64,000 bases of DNA from Moniliella sp. 'wahieum' (GCA_003971905.1 RSEE01000005.1:806001-870000); one strand, 5' to 3'. Positions 27,190 through 39,900 are shown, counted from the first letter of the stretch. Numbers and translations are program-made. The notes: a model not told the origin generated them from the letters alone.

Positions 27190-27740
27190 GCAGCGGGGTT
27201 AGCGATTGCAAAGCCTGGTGGCTGCATCTCTATTGACACCTCTCTCATCAGCTTCACCACCAGCCAGCAGCTCTAAGACTTGGAGTTATCCCCCTCTCCA
27301 TTTGTAAGGTCTAATAAGGGCGGGTAACTGCTACCCCCCGGCGAACATCCACCAAAAAGCGACGGCGAGACCAAGCAGATCATCAAGAGGAACTACATGC
27401 GCTACAATTTTTTGCTTTATGGGCAAAGGTCCGGCATGCGGGGTACCTTGGCAGCTGCGCAGCGCTGCTCAGACTTGAGCTTCGAGTCCATTACTGCCCA
27501 TCATGTTCCTATTGTACTGACGGCGCAGTTGTCCGTTGAAGTTATAGTTACCCACGGGAGAGGGGTTGTCGCCGGAATGATAAAGGTTCGACTCTCCTTC
27601 TCACCCGTTGTGCATTGTGGTATGCCCGCATCTGTTGTCTCTGATGGGATGACCGGCTACTAGCCAACTCCTGCCCTGGGCCATTTCATTGCGCGGCGGA
27701 CACATATCTCTTGCGAGAGTTCTACTCCTCCATCATTGAT
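27190..27740 (+). mobile_element. Highly degenerate Ty3/Gypsy integrase remnant
   Basis: LAIAKPGGCISID resembles PxPxxPWxxISMD. VVHCGMPASVVSDG-DRL resembles HGxPxSIVSDRDxRF. The motifs are in the right order but broken. Confidence 0.45.
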
Positions 27741-28289
27741 TTTTCAACTTCCAGGCCCACCCACACTCCACACCGTCCTTGTGAGGAACACATCGCCCCC
27801 CACGGTCACTTTTGGCCCTATGGACTGGGGGATTACGATTAGAGGGTATGTTGCGGCTGCCCCGCTATCATTTTTGGCTCTGAGCTAACCGTTAACGCAG
27901 AATGCATTACGCGGTCAAGCTGGGTGTAATATGGAGCACGGAGTGCACCCCGCGATGCATCGCATGTGAAAAGAAATATGGCGCCAACATGGAAACGGCC
28001 CATCACACATCCATGTATTGGCGTTCATCTCGCGCTCATCAAGCACTCAGTTCTCCTGCCACATTCCTCTCCGTCTCGACATGTGTGTTCGTGCCCTCTG
28101 TTGTTGAATCATGTCATTCCCGTTTGCTCTCGGGATAATACTTGCACAGGTATCTTCTTTTTTCGATTGTTTGACGCTTTTTGAACTCTAGCACAACCCT
28201 CCAAGAGTAACTACTTACTGCCCACACGCGTCCTACTCCTGCCACCCGTCCTTGTTATCGTCTACTAGTTACCTGTCGGGAACAAAAGA

Positions 28290-30290
28290 GGAGCTGTGAT
28301 GCATGATGCATGGCGCGCTGATGCACTGATGCTGCTGATGTGACGTACGGGTTTGACGTTCGACGAACTTGAAGCTTGAAGTTCTTGAATCTTGAAGAGA
28401 CTCCTTTTTCCCGATGATTGATGAGGTCGATGAGGTCGATAAGGCCTAAGGCATAAGGCCTAAGAAGTTTCTCATATCGAATTAATCATTCAATTGGAGA
28501 TGGCGTTTACAGGGATGTGGAGGACTGGTGGAAGCCTCGGACAATAAAATCAACGTCAGGCCGGTGACATGTCGTAAGGTGAAGCGATGAAGCGGTGAAG
28601 CTTGAAGAATTCAAGTCAAGGACGAGAGCCAAGACGCAGGCGCCTGCCTTCTGCCTCATTTGTTCTATTGATCTCAGACCTCGATCTCACTAGGTCACTA
28701 GTCACTAGTCACTAGCACTAGCACTAGCACCAGTCACCGCACCAGTGACATGTGACGTGTGACGGTCATAGATCATCGATCACCAATCATCGATCACTCG
28801 ATCACTAGCTTCACTCGAGTGTCCTACAGGAAGTTTTGCCACACATCATGCGCATTATACATCATGCATCCCAGCCCCGTGTCTTCAAGCTTCACGCGTC
28901 ACGCGTCACGTTCAGAAACCTCGGGGCTGCAAGGGGCCGCAACAGCGCTGTATCAGTGCATCATGCATCAGAGCATCAGCGCTCAGCGCGCTCATCGATC
29001 ATCATCATCATCATGCATCATACATCATGTCCCAGATATCAGGTGGCAGAGCTGCAGCAAACTTCTGCTTGCTTCTGCCCGCGCGTTCGACCAGCTAATG
29101 AAACAGAGCGTAGCGTACTTGAGTACCTCGGAACACGGAATTATCTCGATTTTCTCGATTATCTTGAGTACCTAGTACCAAGGAATGATGCATGCTGCAT
29201 GATGCATGATGATCGATTAATCGATTAATCATTAATCAATTAATCATCGATCATCGATCATCGCCCCCTTAGCCTTATCGATTACCGATATCGATTAATG
29301 TCGATCAGGACCTGTGCCTCCGCGCTAGTGAATGCAAGTGACTAGTGACTAGTGACTAGTGATGGATCCCGACATCGCTGACTAGTGACTATTCAGTTGA
29401 ATATTGACTACAAGGTACTGGTGATAGCACTGGGGTAGCTCCTAGTTAGATTAGTGTCCCTGTGACTGCACGCGAGCCTTCTTGTTGCCCGACGGGGGTT
29501 TGCAGCGTTTTGCATCCATCTGGGAAACAGATTCTGAAATGCAGCCAATCCTCATCTCAGGACCTCAGATCCCTCAGACTGGCTCGGTCCATTATGCATT
29601 CGATTAACGTTTAACGTTTAAAATTTAACGTACTTAACGTTCAACTAAGTACATGCAGGTACCCGCTGCAGAGCTGCAATACCGAAACCACCCTATATAA
29701 AAGTGACACCTGTCACATGCCAGCTGAAGCGCTCACGAGCTGGACCCTACTGGCCCTGACCAGCACGCCCCCAAGGAGGACGCGTCTAGCGTGACGCGTT
29801 CTGAATTTGGGATGTTGTTTACCAGGAGGCACGCGTCGTCCCATGGATTTCCGGTAAGGCCGGTAACCGGTAACCCTTAACCGGTACCTGGTACCCAGTT
29901 CTAGTCAACGTTCAATGGTCCACGTTCCACAGGCTATGCGTCTTCCATGCTCAACTATTTATTAGCCTGTTCGCGTCACTGCATGTCACATGTTACTAGC
30001 CACAAGTCACTAGTCGCTATAGTCACGATAGTCACTTTGTTCCCTTTGTAACGTTTTCAACGTCCAAAAATGTCCAACACCATTAATCGTGTTCACGTGT
30101 TCAACGTTCCCGTTGTTTGCCTAGTTACTTGTTAAACGTTAAACGTTACTTCGTGAAGAGCGTGAAGCTTGAAGCTTGAAGCTTGAAGCTTGCAGGGCTT
30201 CAATAAGCGCGTGCCCTCAAAAGCTTCAATGTATTCAGTGAATGGGGTCTCAATAGTCCCTTTTTTGACTATAGTCACCGTGTAGTCAAC
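28290..30290. repeat. Dense field of 7-bp TNA plus 4-bp-palindrome micro-arrays
   Basis: Examples: (TCActag)n at 28695, (TGActag)n at 29339-29362, (TCAtcga)n at 29244, (TGAagct)n at 30163-30190, (TAAacgt)n at 30133. Confidence 0.9.
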
Positions 30291-30976
30291 TGAACCGATC
30301 GACAGTGGGTGCTAGGCGCTAGCCCTCAATTCAACAGGGTGTTGCAGGTAGGATACATGATCAATGATTCCCCCGGAGAGTGGAGGTCGGAGATGCAAAT
30401 AGGAAGACACAAACGCACTTATATATGGACCGAGCGAGGCGGTCAGTGCCTCAGCGATAAAACCTTGTCGGGTGGCATGCCAGTCTGATGTGCCGGAGAA
30501 GAACAAGAATAGAATAGGTACGACCGGAGGCTCAAAATTAGACAGACTGGAACCTTTGATGGGCATGAGCGCGCGGGTACAGGTGAGTGATTGCCACCCG
30601 GAGGATAGGTACGTTGAGTCGGGGATAGCAAAGTAAATGGAGGGAGGGGAGGAGGGGGACTACAAATTATAGGCCCGATGGGCAGATAGATGGGGGCTGC
30701 TCAGCAGCAAGGAATGGACGGCAGAACGACGACAATAAGGAATCGTTCTGTGAGCAGGAAATGCCGGAGGAAGGCGAAAACTGGGGAAAGAAAGAGGCGC
30801 AGAATGCAAGGGATGAATACTGAGGGCATAATGGGAGAAACGAGGGGGAGGTGAGAGTGTGGGGGGCTCCCTTTTTGGTAGTAGCAATGCGACGGACGCC
30901 AGCGAAGGTGGGAAATGTAGCGGTGGGTCCGAGGTGTGGATGGCAAGTCGCGGAGGGGGACGTTCAGCGTGGGAGC

Positions 30977-32409
30977 TTAAACCATTTGGTCCATGCGTGA
31001 GGTAAGTGAAAGGGGAAATGCTAGAGCTGGTGCTTTGCCGCGGGGGAGCCACTCGTGGTCCATGGCCACGGAAGAAGGAGTGAGAACAAAGCTGCAGCCG
31101 CCATGAGAGGTGGAGGCAGAGGAGGAAGCCCGGGACCGTGGAGCTCTCAGGCTAACGGAGCTGGCCGAGCTGTCGACCGAACCGCGACCCTGCGAGGGGG
31201 ATAGCCGCGATAAGTTTGGGGGCCAGTACACTGATGGGCTGGGATGCGCATGTGCAACCGGCGTATAGTCCAGTTGCTCCAGTGCCGGCATCAGGCTGGG
31301 GCCATGGGCCTGCACAAAAGACTGGCTTGGAGGCTGGCTCTGGATGCAGGTCGAGAGAGAGAACCGGTTGAAGGGTGCATGACATCCAGGTGAGAGGATG
31401 GGGGCGGGGCAGGCTAACGAACTGAGGATGGCCGAATGCGACCCGGCGGGCGAAGAGGCGAAGAGGAGGAGCGGGAGGAGCGAGTGACGAGCGGTGCTAC
31501 CCAACTCGCCTTGGTTGGCGACGGCTCAGGTGTCAACGCTTTGGACCCTGATTCCGGGCGAGGTGGCACGAAGTAGGCAGGGTGAGGTCGGAGTTGGGGC
31601 AGTGGGGCGGGGGGGATGTAAAGGGCCTGGTCGAAGTAGCCCTGCTCCAACAGCTTGGCAAAACATAGCAGTTGTTCCGCTGGCACATTGACTCGATACC
31701 CCAGAAAACTAAACAGCTCTTGCTCCATAGTGTTGATGTCTTTCAAACTGAAAACACCTTGTCCGACAATGGCCCACGACTTGTTCGAGTAGGTATCGTC
31801 ACACAATGCCTTGCTCGACAACATTAACGCCGAGATGAAAAGCCTGTGCCCGCTGGAACCCCGGGAGGAAGGAAAACGTTGTTTGAGCCGCTTGAGGAGA
31901 TAAAGAGCTTGGTGCACGACCAGCGTTGGCAGACGGGTACGGTGCAGAGCATATGCGATAAACTCCACCAATCGAGGCGTTTCCTTACAGGGGGTGATAC
32001 TTGATCGCGACCGGACTGTTGACTCTTGAAATGGGCCAACGGGCGGGCAGGAGAAAAGGGCGGTGATGACCACCTCACACATCTCGGACAGAGCACGGAA
32101 TCCATACAAGTTGCTGATGTCCCTTCTTGGAGCGGCAAGCGTGACAGGGGGAGGGGGGGTGGAAGGGGCGCCTGGGCCAAGGTGTGGGCCGAAACAAATG
32201 GGCACCGTACACTCCTCAGGCTCCGAATCGGTTTCGCTCTTGGGTTGCGAATGGGGCGACATGAGCGGGGCTTGGAGGTGGGGGGATGTGAGGTGGGGCG
32301 AGGACTGGTGGGAAAGGCAGGGAGGCGAGACAGGATGCAGCCCTTGGCCGTGATGCTTGGGCGGGGGGATGGCTGGGCCGTTGGTTTGGACATGGGGACA
32401 GGGGGGCAT
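30977..32409 (-). CDS. Pho85-type (Pcl/Clg1-like) cyclin with Pro/Ser-rich tails
   Basis: TPRLVEFIAYALHRTRLP...ALYLLKRLKQRFP...SGHRLFISALMLSSKALCDDTYSNKSW...INTMEQELFSFLGYRVNV. The 3' end is uncertain. Confidence 0.9.
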
Positions 32410-32909
32410 AGTTGCGAAGAGGACAGGGGGATAAGAGCTGCGGGGGGTGGTGGGGTAAGGTAGGAGTACTGTGAAGCAAGCCGGTACAACTGTCCCGGAA
32501 GAGAGGCCAAGCACAGCTAGCTAATAACAAGCAAAAACGCTAGTACCTGGTAGCCTGGGTTGTCCGTTTGGGCCGTGGTGTGGGGAGCGTTGGCAAGCGT
32601 TCCAACAAGGCTGACTTGTCCGGTTGAGCTTGAGCTTGAGCTTGCGCGTGCGCTTATAAGCGTTTCTGCTGCGGCAGTAGCAAGGTGCGCCAGCGGCTGA
32701 GGCGTCGGGCACAGTAGCTGGATGGGGGAGGGCGGGGTGCGGTTGGTGCAGATGGGGATGAAGGAAGCGGGGGACAGAAGGAAGCCAGGAAGAAGAAGGA
32801 TGAGCCGGTGGTGGCGGTGGACGGGTGGATATATGCCACGGTGCTTGGCCCTGGCGGCTGGCTTTCGCCCGCTTTGGCGGGTCGGCGGTGGGGCGGGTGG
32901 CGACAGACT

Positions 32910-35535
32910 GGTGACCCCGGTGACCGGTGACCGGTGAGCCGACTGGTCCACTGCGCCTAGCGGCTGAAATCAGGCATCTGAGATCACCAATCACCGATCT
33001 CGATCACTGAGATGGAGATCTGACATGCTGAGACTGACGACCCTGTCCCGCCAGGTATCCAATATCTAACCGCCCATCCAAGAGAATGGCTTTCATTCCA
33101 GTGGGGCGCAGCGGGCCGCATGCCTCTAGGAGAAGCATCTTTTCTGGTTTCGTGTCGCTCTAGGGCCTAGGTTTGCCACCCGCCTCTGCTCCCCTCTGGG
33201 ATCTAGCGCCTAGCCCCAACCGTCCGCGTCACGTCACAGTGCCAGTGACCGGTCACCCCGTCACGGTGACCGATGATCGATGTCGTTGAGCGTGGGAAGT
33301 GGGACATGTAACATGTAATCGGTGACCCTCTGAGAGTCTGACGGGGTCCTGACTCAGTCTGAGTCCCTCAGGCATGAAGCTTGAAGCTTGAAGTGCCTCT
33401 GAGGCCACCGCTCCAGGCCTGAGCGCGCCTGAGCCTGACAGTCTGATGCGTGCGCCTGAGGGCCTGAGGCCGCCTGATCTGATCGATCTGAAGCTTGAAG
33501 CAAACTTAGTTGGCAAAGCTTGAAGCTCCTGAACGGGACTAGGAACTACCCGTCACGCGTCAAGGTCCCCCTCAGATCAGACCTCCAGCTCAGGCTCAGA
33601 TAACTTGGTCACATCCCCAGTATCCTTCCCTTTTTCCTACCCATGCTCGATGCCAAGGGAGTACCGATAATGGCAGAGGTGGCCACAAAAGCACGGCTGA
33701 CTGCCCAGCTGCCCACCACAGAATAGAATTGTGTTGCCTACCTACCAGCTACGTTAACGTACGTTAACCCGTTCTACGCAGTAGTACATACTGATCCGTT
33801 TACTCCTGCCGACTTTTGTCGAATATCAACGGTTCAACCGATGGAGGATCTGCCAGCACCGAACTACACCCGATTTTGAAGCCTCGAGCTTGAAGCTTGA
33901 AAAGCCAGTTAAACGTAACCCTTAACGTGACACGCTGAACGTTAAACGTTAATTAATGAGGCCTAAGGCCTATTAAGGCGTAGGCCTAAGCTGATGTGGA
34001 TGTTAAAAAACGTTAATGCTTAGAAGGCCACACCGTTCCACCACCGTTCCGTCTTCATCGCCACCTTCATTAGCCCCCATCCCACCGTCGCCACCGTAGC
34101 CACCGTTGCCCCGTGCACCACTGTTAGGATTGGATTTAGCTTAAGGTTTATCCATCATCACCGTGGAGCGTCCTGGCAGCGCCGGCGGCGCCGCTGTGCA
34201 CGTGCTATTGCAAACGACCTCCCTGTCTTATAGATGGCGAACACATTGTTTGGGCCCTGGAAAGAATTGACCACTGAGTCTCAATATTCTCAATGGAGAC
34301 GGTTCAACTTGAACGTTCACCGGTCACCGTTCAGATGTCTGCCACGTTCATTCGTATCCACGCGCGCTATACTCTCAGATCTCAGGTATGAAAATGGATG
34401 GCGGGTGTCAGAGGGTCCTGTTCGATGATATACTGGTCCTGGGTTCCTAAACGGATTTGGCGCCAACAAGCGACACGGGATGAACAAGACGCAGTGTTTC
34501 TTTGTCCAAGCCTTACATGGACGCAGTGTTTCTTTGTCCAAGCCTTACAGTTACAACTCAAGAGCCTAAGCTCTACTGTCAATGATATGGCTGCGCCTGG
34601 CAGGAACCCTCTGAAAACAAAGCAATTCTATGAAATACACCGATTTGCTTAGCGCTTAATGCTGACATGTTGGTAGGCAGAGGTTTTATTACGGCCCGTT
34701 GAGACCAACTTCGCTCCGCTTTTTAGCTTCATCGCCACCACAATGCCCACCGCCGTCGCCCTGAAACACGTATGTGGCGATGCAGCGCTAAGCTGAGGTC
34801 TGAGGCTGGCTCAACGTAGGTTCATGCATGCATGATCAGTGCTAGTCCACTACGTGCCCCATGGGTTTCGTACGAGTCTCTTGCCCAGGCGGTCACTGAA
34901 TATCAGCCACGGCCTGCCACGGCGCGTCCTGGCTCACCGTGACGCGTGACGCATAATGGATATGCAACCGGTGATTGGTAAACGGGAGCCGGGGTACCCT
35001 GTACCCAGAAACCAGAAACCTTTGACGAATAGGAGAAGCGGAACTTACCCCCAAACCCCCGCCAGCCATCCCGCCCCGCTGTTCTTTGTTGGACGTTGGA
35101 CCTATTAGCTGTCCCGCTTAGCGCTTAGCCTGACAGCGACGCGCGCCCTGTGTCTTTGTTCAACGTTCAACGTGTTCAACTGACGTGTCGATCTGTTTGA
35201 GGAGATGGGGTCGGTCAGCGCTCAGCCCTGAGCGCTGACTCAGCCCTCCAACCGGGCACACGTCGTTTTGACGTGTTGAAGCTGCGGATGCCGAACATTG
35301 GGCACATATTCAGCTCGCAGACGGTTGTTTTCCCAGACGGTTGTCTAGCGGTGGACACATTGGTCGGCCGGGGGACTGTCGAATACATTGTATCTGAAAC
35401 ACGCTCTCCGTCTTCACGTGCATCACGTGTGACGGTGACAAGTCACATGTCACTGTCACGGTGGACGCGTAACGCGTAACGCGTGATGCCCAGAGGAGGT
35501 GGGTTACTACTAGTTACTGGTTACTAGTTACTCCG
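32910..35535. repeat. Second dense field of TNA/palindrome micro-arrays, upstream of the cyclin
   Basis: (TGAccgg)n at 32921-32937, (TGAagct)n near 33375 and 33890, taaggcctaa near 33965, (TAAcgcg)n near 35465, ttactagtta near 35521. Confidence 0.85.
34230..34592 (+). mobile_element. RLE retrotransposon 3' fragment (copy C) carrying palindromic insertions
   Basis: LFGPWKELTTESQ aligns with LFAHWKELATKSQ of copy B. It ends in ctgtcaatgatatgg like the other copies. Confidence 0.72.
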
Positions 35536-38013
35536 GTTTCTCGTCCCGGCACTGCCCCGACCCCACCGTCACTCCCTGCTTGGTGTGCCAGTGTGCCGTG
35601 CACGCAAACTCTCCGTTTGGTGGCAACGGGATGCTTCAGGTGTTGTCTGGCGCTGTTCGCTACAGGGTTATATGCTTCCAGCTGCTCTGCCTGCTATACC
35701 TTGCTATCCACCGCTGATGCATCACATGCATCACATCCCACATTCTACTTGGCACGGTGCCAAGAGCGTGTAACGTGTGTTTACCACAGAAGCCTCTGTC
35801 GGCCTATACCAGCCGGCGCTTCCTGTACCTCGTTCAACATTCACATGTTCACAGTTCCATACGAGAAGATAGACTTCAAGGCCGTAATGTGTTCGTCTCT
35901 CGCGAGTATGAAAACTTTGGCTTCTTTTTCTTGAGAGCTCATTCCATTGCAAAAGGGCCTACTAACACCTCTCGGCTCTGTCGAAGGAGGACCTTCATTT
36001 GCCCCCCCGCGTAAGGCTGAGAGGTGGCGCATGGCCACTAAGCGGGACGTCTACCGTCGCACACAGTCCGGACGTGCCTGGTCCTGCAATTTTGCCAAAA
36101 TCTTACCTGATGAGCGTGCTGAGCGCGGCATCCCTTCTCTCGTAATATATCGCTAGTGTTTAACGAGCCTTGTCTCGTGCCTGGCTCGCAGCGACATCAT
36201 CAGCCCTACTGGCCGTGGCATTTTATGATCAAGGGTCCTGGTTGGTAGTCTCTCTTGAGGCCAAGGTGTTGGTTCTGATGTTTTCTCACTTCGCTTTCCA
36301 TTTTGTTCTTTTGCGGGCAGACCCCGTGACGCCTGGCATGTAGATGTCCCTGTAAGCGTAACTGGCTGGCCAAGAGACCACCCTAATCACCATCATTAGT
36401 GCGATGGTGTCACCATCAAGAGGCATTATCAAAGCTCCAAGTCTCATTGTAAAAGCCCCCACCTGATGAGGAAATGTGAGGATCGAGCGTGCATCCCAAA
36501 GGGAACATATATAAAGTGTAAAAGGGATTTGAGCGACTCCCTTCGTTCGTCGTTCGCTTCGGCAGGTGGGTAGACAACTCAAGCCCCACTTACGCACACT
36601 GCATGGTCTTCCTTCTCTCTCCTTCCTGCCACGGATGACATCGATGGACAAATGGATGCTACCTCACCAGCAAGCATGTCATTTGCCATTTTTGAAAAAT
36701 ATCCGCACTGGCTGAGATGGTTCTCGCTCGATGATCATGGTTGGTCGCTCCAGCAGGTTCTCAGAGCTAGGCTCATCATTTTCACGCCCCATTTCACGGC
36801 AACTGATGATTCCAAGGCGACTGGAGGGAAAGACTGTAGTCAGTGAATGCGGATTATGGTTCAAGACGTACTGCCGACGAAGGCAACTATAATGGACCGA
36901 AAACCCAATGTGAGTGTTTCTGTCACGGTCTCTCTTATTAGTAAACGTTTGTTGAGGGAGCGAGAGCCTCCCTGGTTGGTGGGCTGTTCTGCCGCTGTCC
37001 TCACTATAGGCATCTCCGTGAGGGTCTCTGCCACGCCCTGCCATCATCGCCACCAACTTAGGGAACGTCACAAAATAATGTCTCCCCGTGATATTACAGT
37101 GGTCTCACGGCCACATGATGCACACACTTTCAATCCCCTGTGGGACGACGTCTCGTGGCCTTGATTGCTTATTGAACGGTGCGTTTTCCCGCGTTGCGGT
37201 CGTGTGGGTGTTCGAGAAAGAGTCATCATCGTCATCAGCGACCTATACACTCTTCCGCGGGATCCGGCCGGCAGGGATGACAGCGACGGGCGCCTGTTTT
37301 TCAACAAGATCCATGGTGGCTGGCTGGGCAATGGAAGACGAGTTGCTAGCGCAACGGCTTTGAACATGTGGCGCCAGGGGCAGCGGTTCAAACATTCAAC
37401 TTCCATACAGGGCACATGGCACAGCGCGTTTGCACGTTCAACGTTCAACTTGAACGTTCAATATTCAAGCTCAGCCGCGGCTTGGCACGGCAGGCACTGC
37501 TCGGCAGAGGGATGGAGTTGTGGCAGTTGTGGCCCCGGGGCCGAGGGAAGCCAGCGAAGCATACGCACTGGCGCCCTGCACAGACGCACCGCGTGCTGAG
37601 TACCTGGGCTGGCGCCCCGCGCAATCCAAACACCCGACACTGCCCCCGGGCGGCGGAGCACACTCCAAGCAGCGCTGGCTGGTTCCTTGCAGCCGCGCGC
37701 TGGAGCGCTGCATGATGCATGACTGCATGACACTGGCCACAGGCGGCGGCATAACTTGGCGACGTGTGACATGTGGCTGCCAGGACCAGTGACAGCGGCC
37801 GATGAGGTGAGCTCACCAGTGATCCCCTGCGCGGAGGCCGATCGGGCATAAAAACTTTTAGTGCTCCGCCGGAGCAAGCGCAGCCGACGCAGCACAGACA
37901 CACCACGACACCCCAGGACAACCCGAGTGCTTGCTTCTCGGCCACCGCCACCGCCACCGCCGCCGCCGCCGCCACCCCCCCTCGCTGCCTCCGCCACATT
38001 CTGCCCGGGCAGC

Positions 38014-39900
38014 ATGCCTGCCGACGTACGCAACAACCAGGATGGCGAACCGGTGCCGTCCGCTCACATGGGTGGGTACTCCAGCCTCACGGGCGTTGGC
38101 GAAAGCACACAATGGCTATCCGTGATCTGACCTTCTACCCCCCTCCGCTTCGCCGCAGACAACCTGACGCCGAGCAGTCGCTCAAGCTGCGCCAGTTCTA
38201 CACCAAGCTCCACCGTCCTATCTCGCCAACACCTCGACGTCTCCGACGCTCTAAGCGTCGCGGCGGCCCTGTGCTGTGCCCAAAACAGAGCGAACCCCTG
38301 CTAAGGCCACCAAGCCTTCCCGCACCACACTCCCGCGGACGACGGCGCTAAAGACGATGCCAAGCTCCACGCCGAGCAACGCCAGATGGATGTATTCCTC
38401 CGCACATATGGCGGCGACTACCTCCGCACTGCATTTTACGATTTTGTTCAGGTATGTCCCCCTCCGCTTTGCGCATCCCTTGTCCTCAGGCCAGCAACCG
38501 ACGCGTGGCGCTCTTTTTCTCTCTTCACAGGCCGACTATCGATGCTTCGGCCCTGCGCTTTCTGCGCGCACGCAAGTGGGATGTAGATCGGGCCATCGCC
38601 ATGCTGTGTGCTGCATCGGCTTCCGCCTGGACAATGATCTGATGGGTTTGCTGGCCCAAGGCGAGAATGGGTTGAAGGATGTGCCCGGTTTCTCAACCAG
38701 ATGCGCCGTGGCATCTCCTATGTCCGCGGCAATACCGACTCGCCAGGCGAACACCACTTTACTTTATCATGTGCGCGGCATTATGCCAACGCGCAATCGT
38801 CCGAAACGCTCGAGCGTTTCGTCCTATTGGCCATGGAAGCCAACCCGACTGCTATGTAGTCCCCCGATGGAAAAGGCTGTCGTTGTCTTCTCTCTGGAAG
38901 GCTTTGGCATCAGAAACAGTGCGTCCCTTTCTCCTTGCTTCGTCTTCGTGGCCTGCCCCACTGACTAGGATGTGTGCCCGTCTTGCAGTGGATTGGACTG
39001 TGTTACCTTCCTTGGCAAGGCCTCGAGGCATATTATCCCGATCGTTGCATTGTATCTATGTCCATGGTCTCCTTGGATCTTCCGTGGCATTGGCAAGTCC
39101 TCTCTCCTATGCTCGACCCCGTCGGCGGGAGAAGATTAAGTTCACCAGCAAGGCACAGGATCGAGAGGCGCACATTCCTTCCTACAAGCTCCGAGTTGCT
39201 ATGGGTGGCACCATGGACTGGGAGTGGGACTACACCGAACCTGATCCTCGCGAGAACGAGTTACTTGAGCGCACAGACATTGCTGATCGTATCCGAGCCG
39301 AGCGTGACGAGCTCTGGGCCCAATTTGAACAGGTTACGTTCGATTGGTGTCAAGCCGCGTCGGACGAGGCGGTTCCCGAGCTGACGTTCCGCCGACTCGT
39401 GCTCTCCAAAACAGATCCGTCTCAAGCAACTCCAGCTGAACCCTTACGTTCGCGCCATCAACGTCTACCAGCGTCAAGGCATCCTGAATGAAGCCAACTC
39501 CCATACATGGAAGTACCCTCAAGCCAATGCACCCGCTATTAGCCAGACCGTGGGCAGTCGCCATGACATCCCAGCGTTGTTCCAATGGCTCGTGGACAAC
39601 AAGCAAGAGTCTTCCTGACTCGTATGGAACACGTTTGGGCTTGCGGCCTTGCCCGCCCACCCGAATTGAGCCAGCTGGTGCACAAAATGGCGGACCCATC
39701 CCATCCCTGCCTTGGCTCACTAACATCCCTCCTGCAACACCCCCCGCCCTCGCCCCCACCGCCACCACCACTACCACATCGACTATCGCCCCCTCCCCCG
39801 CCAGGGGCTCTGTATCGCTGGCTCACGCTTCGTCCACCTCTACCGCCTGCGCGCCATCACAACCTCCTTATAAGGAGACGTTCTTGCCAAAAGAGGACGC
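38014..39900 (+). CDS. CRAL-TRIO lipid-transfer protein (Csr1/Sec14 family)
   Basis: DASALRFLRARKWDVDRAIAML, PPMEKAVVVFSLEGFGIRN, LEAYYP, KIKFT, MGGTMDWEWDYTEP. Several introns and frameshifts; end approximate. Confidence 0.88.

Noticed and set aside
28290..30290. CRISPR array or cloning polylinker, given the many HindIII/SpeI/ClaI/MluI-like sites
   Set aside because: There is no constant repeat with unique spacers. The sites are A-nnnn-T hexamers that arise from the TNA pattern, are degenerate and are scattered across the window, unlike vector sequence.
36900..37075. Possible hAT dimerisation-domain remnant on the minus strand (LSWWR...TLTEM)
   Set aside because: Only the WW motif fits and the diagnostic SERxFS is missing. 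Too weak without a profile search.
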